Source: a virus. Taken from it: a stretch of 39,781 nt of DNA. Of this stretch, positions 1 to 7,198 are shown piece after piece; position 1 is the first letter of the stretch, and every line of letters begins with the position of its first letter. The notes under the pieces are model-generated. The model was not told the origin of the DNA. It saw only the letters and a list, made by a program, of their open reading frames with translations, and searched no databases. Location of the stretch: IMG/VR virus record IMGVR_UViG_3300045988_067749, positions 1 through 39,781 of that record; one strand, 5' to 3'. Both the position numbers and the translations under genes were made by a program.

Positions 1-55
1 GCGATGCCGGTCTCGTGCAGGATGGTGAACCCGTTGCCGACGCCCGCATGGACGC
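1..55. repeat. Terminal overlap. Bases 1-55 are identical to 39727-39781 (circular closure or terminal redundancy).
   Basis: Both ends read gcgatgccggtctcgtgcaggatggtgaacccgttgccgacgcccgcatggacgc. A minus-strand ORF stays in frame across the junction. Confidence 0.95.
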
Positions 56-290
56 GGAACAATGCGCCGGAGCCTCGCGCATAGCAGACTGCGTGAATGT
101 GATACACGCCGGCCGGTGGAAGATTGACTCCCGTAAGCTGGTATTGCGCGTACCCGCCACTGCCGCTGGTCGTGGCACGCAGCCATCGGAATCCGCTGAC
201 GGTCGGAAAATCCACGGTGCATTGTGCTGGTATGCATTGGAAAATGGTGTTAGCCATATTCGGGTCGGGGAAAAGGTTAATCCTCTGCAT
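1..290 (-). CDS. CBM-like minor tail 'GDTMP' paralog 3, N-terminal part. The gene continues across the circular junction at 39726.
   Basis: ATG at 290 has AAGGAGG 6 nt upstream. It translates MQRINLFPDPNMANTIFQCIPAQ... and is open through base 1 (96 codons plus 2 nt). The next base is 39726. Confidence 0.7.
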   Translation of the reverse strand, partial: MQRINLFPDPNMANTIFQCIPAQCTVDFPTVSGFRWLRATTSGSGGYAQYQLTGVNLPPAGVYHIHAVCYARGSGALFRVHAGVGNGFTILHETGI

Positions 291-450
291 TCGCGTCCTC
301 CTTGTCGAGACTGTCGAGCACATCCTTCGGGATCAGTTTCATGGCCGCCGCGAGTTGGCTGGACAGGATTGCTATCTGTTTGTGGAGTGTGCCGATCTGT
401 TGCGAGAGCTGGTCGATGACGGTGTTCGCGTCGGCTGGAATCTGAGTCAA
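277..450 (-). CDS. Small coiled-coil protein (57 aa), TTG start
   Basis: TTG at 450 has AAGGAG 5 nt upstream. It translates MTQIPADANTVIDQLSQQIGTLHKQIAILSSQLAAAMKLIPKDVLDSLDKEDANAED. Its stop overlaps the next gene's ATG. It is below the ORF-track size cutoff. Confidence 0.5.
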   Translation of the reverse strand: MTQIPADANTVIDQLSQQIGTLHKQIAILSSQLAAAMKLIPKDVLDSLDKEDANAED

Positions 451-473
451 AGTGTCTCCTTTGGAATGCGAAA

Positions 474-503
474 CCCCCGTAATCCGGAAATGGATTACAG
501 GGG
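474..503 (-). terminator. Hairpin downstream of the 527..826 gene (possible weak terminator or attenuator)
   Basis: cccccgtaatcc / ggattacagggg form a 12-bp stem with one bulge and a 6-nt loop. On the minus strand the hairpin is followed only by UUUCGCAUU. Confidence 0.3.
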
Positions 504-526
504 TTGAAAAAACTGGGAAATACGAG

Positions 527-826
527 TTAGTCTGCGGCGGTCATCGTGTCGATGCGAGTCACGGCCTTAAGCTCTTCGAGCGTCAAAGTGCGTCCGAGAT
601 TCGTCTTAACATCCGTGACCTTGACGGATGTGCCGTCACCGTCGAACGTCGCAAGCACGCCACGCTGATAGTCACGCCACGATTCAACGTCAGCCGCGTC
701 CGTGCTGGAATATTCGAGTCCGAGGCGGCAGAGTTCCGCTTTCAGGCTTTCCTTCGGCGGACGCAGGTCGAGCACGCCATCCGCCGCCGGTCGCGCGCCG
801 GATTGCGTGACGTCAGATGCTGTCAT
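527..826 (-). CDS. Hypothetical protein (99 aa) in the tail-distal module
   Basis: ATG has AAGGAG upstream. Amino-acid composition looks natural (MTASDVTQSGARPAADGVLDLRPPKESLKAELCRLGLEY...). Confidence 0.75.
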   Translation of the reverse strand: MTASDVTQSGARPAADGVLDLRPPKESLKAELCRLGLEYSSTDAADVESWRDYQRGVLATFDGDGTSVKVTDVKTNLGRTLTLEELKAVTRIDTMTAAD

Positions 827-913
827 GATTACTCCTTTGCTGTTGTGTTGTTTCCCTTTTTTCGCCGGTCATCCCGGCGGAGTCGATGCGCGTGGCCGTC
901 CGTCCGGCCCGCG

Positions 914-1393
914 TCAACGCCGACGGTCGGTCAGATAATCGATCGCCCGTCTGCGGAACCGGTCGCGCGCCACGGCGATGCGGTCGGCCACACCGGCCAG
1001 CGTGTCGGCGAGCCGACCGTCCGCATCCTCCATGACGGGCATCGCGTCCAATCCGAGCAGGCGACGGGTCTCCTCACGACCGTCCGGCGACAACGCGCCG
1101 GACGACGTGAGCACGGGATGCAACGCGGCCATGCGCGTCTGCTGACGGTCCGCCAACTCGTCGCGCTCCACCTGCTCGTAGGCGCTGGTCCAAGCGTTGC
1201 GTCCGGTGGCCGGGTCGATGACGCCCGGGTCTGACCTGTTCGACCGGACCTGTATGATCGCCGCGACCGTTTCCATGTCCGTGTCGCAGCCGAGGAGCTC
1301 GCCCCACGAGGCGATCGCGTCCAACGGGATGATGTGGCCCGTCCCGTCGTCACCGGTCACGGTCAACACGTCACCGTAGATGTTCGCTTCCAT
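914..1393 (-). CDS. Hypothetical protein (159 aa) directly downstream of the tail fibre gene
   Basis: Internal ATG at 1393 has AGGAGG upstream (MEANIYGDVLTVTGDDGTGHIIPLD...). The longer ORF-track N-terminus is R-rich and overlaps the fibre gene. Confidence 0.75.
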   Translation of the reverse strand: MEANIYGDVLTVTGDDGTGHIIPLDAIASWGELLGCDTDMETVAAIIQVRSNRSDPGVIDPATGRNAWTSAYEQVERDELADRQQTRMAALHPVLTSSGALSPDGREETRRLLGLDAMPVMEDADGRLADTLAGVADRIAVARDRFRRRAIDYLTDRRR

Positions 1394-1401
1394 CACGCCT
1401 C

Positions 1402-4400
1402 CTACTGTTTGGCCAGGATGGCGAGTATCTGACTGCCGTATGCGATGTTGACGCCGTTGCCGACGCCACGCGCCCACAGGCCGCAGCCGCTCGCCGAATC
1501 GCTGTTCGAGCCGACCATGATCGACCCCATGGCGTCGGAGGAGACATGCGCATGGTATAAACCGTATTTGGCCGGTGCGCCATACGTGCACGTCTGCGTC
1601 ACCCACCCTTCGCCGCTCATTATTCCGCCACGAAAATAGACCGTCTGGAACGTTCCGCGCCCCGCGCCAAGCCGGCCGAGGAACCCGCCGAGGTACAGAT
1701 ACCCGGAGTTGATGTCCGCCTGTACGCCGACGCTGCCGTTCTGATCTGCCGCTGAGAGTTCGGCGGATGTATTGTATTTGCCCGTCGGGTCGGCGATCAA
1801 GGACAGTTGCGCGTAACCGGCCTGGCTGCCTTTGGAATAATCCCTGTAAGTGGACAGGAAGGCTTTGCCGATTTTGGTGGCGTTGTCCGCAGCCTTGTAT
1901 TCGCCCAAACTCATGAACGACCCCGGATCGGTGTCGGTCAACCGGCCTCCGTTGATTACGATGGTGGAGACTTCGCCTTTGGATTGGGTTCTGGATTCCG
2001 ACGCGATGTAGGCGTCGCGCCCGTCGCGCCCGTGCATGAATTCGATGCCCGAGCCCTCGGTACTGTCATCGCCGCCGATTATCGACTGTCGGAACGTCGG
2101 TGAGATTCTGATTCGACGGCCGGTGAGGCTCGTCTGGAACGTGCCGGTCAGCAGATTGCTCTTACCCTCACCATCCAAGTAGACGGTCTGGTTATGACTG
2201 CTGTCCCACATTTGCAATGCGGTCGAATTGAGCTTCACGCCAGTGTTCGCAGCCTCGGAGCTTTGGAATATCGCGCCCGTGAACACGTAGCCCCGGAACT
2301 GGCCTGCCGCCACCTTGTCGGACGTGATAGTGCCAGCCGCGATCTTGACAGCCGTCACGCTGTTTGCCGCCAGCTTGTCGACGGTTATGGCACCAGTGAC
2401 AATCTTGGACGCATTGACCGAATTAGCAGCCAATTTGTCGACATTCACGACACCAGCCGCCAAGGCAGCAGTGGTCACGGCATTAGCCGCAATCTCTCCG
2501 GCCTGAATCTTATGGACATTCAGGAGCGCCACGGTCATGTCCTCCGTCACGCGGAGCTTCGCGGTCGTGACCGAGTTCGCAGCCAACTTGTCGGTGGTGA
2601 TGGCGAGCGAGACGATGTTGCGCGCCTGCACGCTGTTCGCGGCGAGCTTCGCGGCGGTCACCGCGTCGGTCACAAGCTTCTCCGTCGTCACCGAGTTGGC
2701 GGCGAGCTTGCCCACCGTGATGGCATTGGCCTTGACCTTCTCGGCAGTCACGGAATCCACGGCGAGATGCTTCGCAGCCACCGTGCCGGCAGCCAGAATA
2801 TTGTTGGCCACGAGGTCGAACGGCGTGAAGCGGGTGCCATCCCACGTCAGCACCTCGACCACGCGGTCGGACAACGGCACCAAGACGCTCGGACTGTTGT
2901 TCGGCGCGCCCGTCCAGTACGTATAAAAATCGGCCAGCATGGACGGCGAATTGTTCTTCTCACCCTTCCAGCGGGTCCAATATTTCTGCGTCCTCCACCA
3001 CATGTCACCCGGCTTCAAACCGTCATGGGACGGCTCGTCGGGGCCACGGTAGATGAGATTCTTGCCGTCCGCAGTGGTCTGTGCCTTCTGCGCCGCCGCC
3101 TGAGCCTGATTAGCCTGAGAAGCCGCATTGGCCGCAGCCGTCTGCGCCTTGTCAGCGGTGGATTGAGCGGTCTTGGCCGCATCATTCGCCTTGACAGCCG
3201 CATTCGCGGCGTCAGTAGCGGCCTTGTCGGTCACAGCCACCCAAGCACTGCCATTCCAACGCTTCGGCGTGTTCGCGCCTCCAGTCGTGTCAATCCACAA
3301 GGTCGAAGCCTTGCGCATCGACGTGGCCGGTGCCGTGCTCTGGATGAGCACGTCGGCCTTGCCATTGGCCACGCCAGCGGCGGCAGCTGCTGCGGTATTG
3401 GCCTTCTGCGCGGCATTGGCCGCATCGGTGGCGGACTGGGCCGCACTGTCAGCCGTGGCCTTGGCTTGGGTCGCCACACTGGACGCATTCGCGGCAGTGG
3501 TCTTGGCATTGGCCGCGTCCGTCTTCGCGGTGGAAGCGTCCGTCTTGGCGGAAGCCGCGTCGGACTTGGCGGACTTTGCGGACTCATTGGCGGTGTTAGC
3601 CAGCGTCTCCGCGTTGCCTGCGGTCTTCTTCGCGCTTTCGGCGGCGGTCTGGGCGGCATTGGCGGCATCCTTGGCCTGACCTGCGGTGGTGGTCGCACTC
3701 TTCGCGGCAGCGTTGGCCGCATTGGCGGTGTCCTGCGCGGTCTTGGCCGCACCATTGGCCGTGTCAGCTGTGCCTTGAGCGTTCTTCGCTGCGGCAGCGG
3801 CATTCTCAGCAGCCTTCTTCGCGTCGGTGGTCTTAGCCGCATTATCCGCGATATCCGACTTCGCCTGAGCGATTTCGTCGGCATTGCGCTCCACGTCGGC
3901 ATAGCCCATGTGGTTCCAAGCGGCACCATCCCAGACAAGCGTGTCAATCACACGATCCGACAGCGGCACGAGCACGGAAGGAGAATTATTGGCTTCGCCC
4001 TGCCAGTAGGTGTAGAAGTCAGCCAAGAGGCTCGGTGAGTTGTTTTTCTCGCCTTTCCACCTCGTCCAATACTTCTGCGTCTTGAGCCACAGGTCGCCGA
4101 CGATCAGATTGTCCTTCGGCATGTCAGGCCCACGGAAGGTATGGTTCTTCGAGTGGGCTTCGGCATACGCCTGCGCCGCCGACTCCTTCGCCTTCGATAT
4201 CTCGCCGTTCGCCGTGGTCAGGTCGCTTTTGGTCTGCGCGATGTCCTTCCGGGCCTGCGACAGATCGGCCTTGGCCTGCGTGAGCGTCTGATTCGCCGTG
4301 TCGAGATTCGACTTGTTGGCTTGGATGTCCTTCCGTGCCTGATTGAGCTTGGCCGTATTGTCCTTCAACGCCGTCTTGTTGTCAGCCAAATCCTGCTGGA

Positions 4401-6270
4401 TTCGTTTGACCTCTTCCGGCGAGACCGCCGACGCGACCGTCACCGAGGCGATGGCCGACCAGCCGGAACGGTTGCCCGCATGATCCACGGACCTCAGCGC
4501 ATAGGAGTGCCGGGAACCGGCGGCCAGACCGGTCACAAGATAATCGCCCGGACCGGACTGGGTGGCGCTGATGACGGTCATGCCGTCCGCATTGACGCCC
4601 TCGCCGACCTCGATATGGTCGAAGTCCGATTCCATCTGAGCGCCAGTGCTTGTCCTGCCATCCCAGTGGACAGTCACCACGCCAAGCTCGGACGAGAGAA
4701 CCGGCTTGGACGGCACGGAGCATGGCGTCGTATCCGACTCCACAGTTGCCACCACGACGGCCGACCATTCGCCGAGCTTGTCCGAATACGTCGGCACTGC
4801 CCTGACGCGCACCTCGATTTGCGTGCCGCAGTCCAAGCCGCCGAAACCAAGCTGCGTCTTATCGGTCGTGCCGGCGGAATGCCAGGGCGCGCCATCCACG
4901 TGCTTGCGCCACTCGACCAAATAATTGGAGATCTCGATGGCGGTGTTATTCGTCGCTTCGGTCACGGCGGACCACGAAGCCGTGGCCAGACCATGCGCGA
5001 AACCATCCGAACCAACATAGGCGTCCGTCTGCACCACAAGCCCAAGCGGGGCTTTCGGGACGCGATGGTCGCGGTCGGAAGAGGCGGTCGTGCCGCCCTC
5101 GCTGCCGGCCAATGACGCGCCACCGGTGATGCCCTTGATCTTCTTCGCCTGTCTGACGGATGCATCGTATTTGATGTCGTTCAACGCGATGGACGCGCTC
5201 AAGCCCTCGCCCTGGCGCATGCTCAGGTCGATTTCCTGCACGCGCACCTTCTCGCCGTGGCTCACGGTGGGCGCGGTGATCCAGTCGCCGGCATGATAGT
5301 CGATGAGCGGCAGACTGTCCACGTCGGAAACGATGAGATCGCGCGTGTACTGGCCTCTCACCCTCGCCGCATCATCCAGAGTGCTCTGCATGAATGCCTG
5401 CGCGGTGTCCTTGTCGGACACGCCACCCTGCGAGCTGTAGGATTCCCACTTGCCCCAAGGCGTCGGAGCAGCCGGATTGTCCATGCGGAAAAGCAGGTTG
5501 TTGTCGCCCTCCACGAGGATCGTGGACGCGAGGTCGCTGATGCTCTCCTCATACGGGGCCTCGCCGATGTCACGGGCAAGCTGGAGTATGACCCGCTTGC
5601 TCAGGTCACGGCTCAATGCGGTGCTGTCCGCATTCCACATTTTCAACGTGCGCCCGCTGGTGCGCCAGTCGCAGCCACCGCCATTGACCAGCGAGCTGAG
5701 AATGGTCTGCAGGTCGGTGCCCAAGGAATAGTAAAGCGTGTATTTCCTCGCCCATGCCGCGCCGGAAGCGTCCCTCACCGTGTCGAAGCCGAGCGACAGG
5801 CCGGTGGCCACGCCGCCACGCGCCTTATTCTCGTCAAGGAGCGTCTTGAGAATCGTGCCCGGATTGGACGAATAAAATGGGCGCTTGCCCTTGTTGTCGC
5901 CGTCCGTGAGCAGATGGCTGGAATCATTGTTCTCCGCCTTGCTCAGGAGCCAGCTTATCGACTGGCCGCTGTAGGTGACGGTGCGCGTCCGGTCATCGGT
6001 CTTGCCACTGCGTCCGGTGATGACGAAACGCGCGTTGTCCGGCTCGCGATAGCCGGTGCCGTCCGACACTTCCACGGCCACTTCGAGGCCATCGGTAAGC
6101 TCACGGTCGAATGCCTGCGCGTCACCGGAAAGCATGGAGTATTCAATGCTGATCGCACCATCGTCATCGTGCAGCATCGAAGCGCTGAAGCTCACCGGCT
6201 CCGCAAGGACGCCGATACGCGCGCCGAAAGGCCGGTAGGCCACCAGACGAGCATGCAAAGACTTGCCCAT
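1402..6270 (-). CDS. Tail-associated protein / tail fibre (Tal-like host-specificity protein, 1622 aa)
   Basis: It follows Dit. It has a Tal/prophage-tail-like N-terminus, FN3-like segments, a duplicated module, an Ala-rich coiled coil, and 11-residue LAANSVTxxKL repeats. Confidence 0.85.
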   Translation of the reverse strand: MGKSLHARLVAYRPFGARIGVLAEPVSFSASMLHDDDGAISIEYSMLSGDAQAFDRELTDGLEVAVEVSDGTGYREPDNARFVITGRSGKTDDRTRTVTYSGQSISWLLSKAENNDSSHLLTDGDNKGKRPFYSSNPGTILKTLLDENKARGGVATGLSLGFDTVRDASGAAWARKYTLYYSLGTDLQTILSSLVNGGGCDWRTSGRTLKMWNADSTALSRDLSKRVILQLARDIGEAPYEESISDLASTILVEGDNNLLFRMDNPAAPTPWGKWESYSSQGGVSDKDTAQAFMQSTLDDAARVRGQYTRDLIVSDVDSLPLIDYHAGDWITAPTVSHGEKVRVQEIDLSMRQGEGLSASIALNDIKYDASVRQAKKIKGITGGASLAGSEGGTTASSDRDHRVPKAPLGLVVQTDAYVGSDGFAHGLATASWSAVTEATNNTAIEISNYLVEWRKHVDGAPWHSAGTTDKTQLGFGGLDCGTQIEVRVRAVPTYSDKLGEWSAVVVATVESDTTPCSVPSKPVLSSELGVVTVHWDGRTSTGAQMESDFDHIEVGEGVNADGMTVISATQSGPGDYLVTGLAAGSRHSYALRSVDHAGNRSGWSAIASVTVASAVSPEEVKRIQQDLADNKTALKDNTAKLNQARKDIQANKSNLDTANQTLTQAKADLSQARKDIAQTKSDLTTANGEISKAKESAAQAYAEAHSKNHTFRGPDMPKDNLIVGDLWLKTQKYWTRWKGEKNNSPSLLADFYTYWQGEANNSPSVLVPLSDRVIDTLVWDGAAWNHMGYADVERNADEIAQAKSDIADNAAKTTDAKKAAENAAAAAKNAQGTADTANGAAKTAQDTANAANAAAKSATTTAGQAKDAANAAQTAAESAKKTAGNAETLANTANESAKSAKSDAASAKTDASTAKTDAANAKTTAANASSVATQAKATADSAAQSATDAANAAQKANTAAAAAAGVANGKADVLIQSTAPATSMRKASTLWIDTTGGANTPKRWNGSAWVAVTDKAATDAANAAVKANDAAKTAQSTADKAQTAAANAASQANQAQAAAQKAQTTADGKNLIYRGPDEPSHDGLKPGDMWWRTQKYWTRWKGEKNNSPSMLADFYTYWTGAPNNSPSVLVPLSDRVVEVLTWDGTRFTPFDLVANNILAAGTVAAKHLAVDSVTAEKVKANAITVGKLAANSVTTEKLVTDAVTAAKLAANSVQARNIVSLAITTDKLAANSVTTAKLRVTEDMTVALLNVHKIQAGEIAANAVTTAALAAGVVNVDKLAANSVNASKIVTGAITVDKLAANSVTAVKIAAGTITSDKVAAGQFRGYVFTGAIFQSSEAANTGVKLNSTALQMWDSSHNQTVYLDGEGKSNLLTGTFQTSLTGRRIRISPTFRQSIIGGDDSTEGSGIEFMHGRDGRDAYIASESRTQSKGEVSTIVINGGRLTDTDPGSFMSLGEYKAADNATKIGKAFLSTYRDYSKGSQAGYAQLSLIADPTGKYNTSAELSAADQNGSVGVQADINSGYLYLGGFLGRLGAGRGTFQTVYFRGGIMSGEGWVTQTCTYGAPAKYGLYHAHVSSDAMGSIMVGSNSDSASGCGLWARGVGNGVNIAYGSQILAILAKQ

Positions 6271-6276
6271 GATTAA

Positions 6277-7182
6277 CTACTCCCATGATTGCAAAAACCG
6301 GCATGTCACCTTGTCGGTGCCGCCGGTCTGTCTGATATCAAGCCGATAGTCGCCGGAATAGATCGCGGGCCACACTTGCAGTGGCTCCGTGGTCCAGTCG
6401 ATGCCATTCGATGCATCAGTGCCATCCGACCATGCGTCGGCGTTCGCCGCCGTCCACGCCTTGCGGCTGGCCACATCGACGAAAAGGTAAGGTCGTGAGG
6501 CGTCACGCTGGCCGCCCCACACCAGATTCGTGCCACTCACCGGATCGGCGATGGTCACACCAGTGGCGGAACCGAAGCGCAATACAAGCGTGGTGATGGG
6601 CGCGTCCGACAGCCAGCCCTCCGGCAGGATGTCGAAAAGCTCGGACGGACTGGCGTTAGGCAAACCCTGCCAGCGAGTCCAATAGCCTTTACCGCTCGGC
6701 TTGGAGACCCCGCCCGGCAGGAGCCTGCCGCCCGAAGCGGCCAACGTCACCTCCTGCCACAACTCGCCACTCCAATACACGTCCGGCAGTTGGAACACGG
6801 CGGTCATGACGCGCAGGTCGCGGAACGGGCGTTCGTCATCGTCCGGCTCGCAGCTCGTGCACACCGCTCTCGTGACCATGCTGCGCGAACTGCCGTCCTC
6901 CAAGGTCTCCGTCCTGCCGAGCGTGAGCTTCGCCGCATGCAGGCAACGGGCGCGGAAACGCGAGATCAGCGCATCGGAATCAGCGCCCCACGCCGCGACC
7001 TTGATTGTCAGCTCCGGCGCGTCCAGCACCGGAATCGAGGAGCCTACGATGACGCCGCTGCGTCCGCTCACCTGCACCGTGTCGACGATCGGCGAGAGCG
7101 ACGTGTAATGCGTAGTGCCGACGATGACGCGCATCCGCTCGGAGTCGAGCGGTTGGCCGTTGAGAGAATAGCTGACCTTCAT
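6277..7182 (-). CDS. Distal tail protein (Dit-like, 301 aa) with a C-terminal extension
   Basis: It lies between the tape measure and Tal genes. It has a siphovirus tail-component-like N-terminus. It contains KGYWTRWQGLPNASPSEL, which resembles the motif repeated in Tal. Confidence 0.7.
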   Translation of the reverse strand: MKVSYSLNGQPLDSERMRVIVGTTHYTSLSPIVDTVQVSGRSGVIVGSSIPVLDAPELTIKVAAWGADSDALISRFRARCLHAAKLTLGRTETLEDGSSRSMVTRAVCTSCEPDDDERPFRDLRVMTAVFQLPDVYWSGELWQEVTLAASGGRLLPGGVSKPSGKGYWTRWQGLPNASPSELFDILPEGWLSDAPITTLVLRFGSATGVTIADPVSGTNLVWGGQRDASRPYLFVDVASRKAWTAANADAWSDGTDASNGIDWTTEPLQVWPAIYSGDYRLDIRQTGGTDKVTCRFLQSWE

Positions 7183-7198
7183 GCGCGAAACCTCCCCA

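Noticed and set aside
2194-4038. A 614-aa plus-strand ORF, and similar long antisense ORFs at 4141-5115, 5257-6276, 7506-8636, 11256-12431, 13854-15650, 15967-16914 and 37187-38239
   Set aside because: They are shadow ORFs opposite well-supported structural genes in a high-GC genome. Their composition is R/G/L/H-rich and repetitive, they have no SD, and they show no recognisable motifs.
2830-4143. The duplicated ~220-bp modules in the fibre gene, considered as a diversity-generating retroelement TR/VR pair
   Set aside because: No reverse-transcriptase ORF exists anywhere in the window. Both copies are coding parts of the same protein, and their differences are not obviously adenine-specific.
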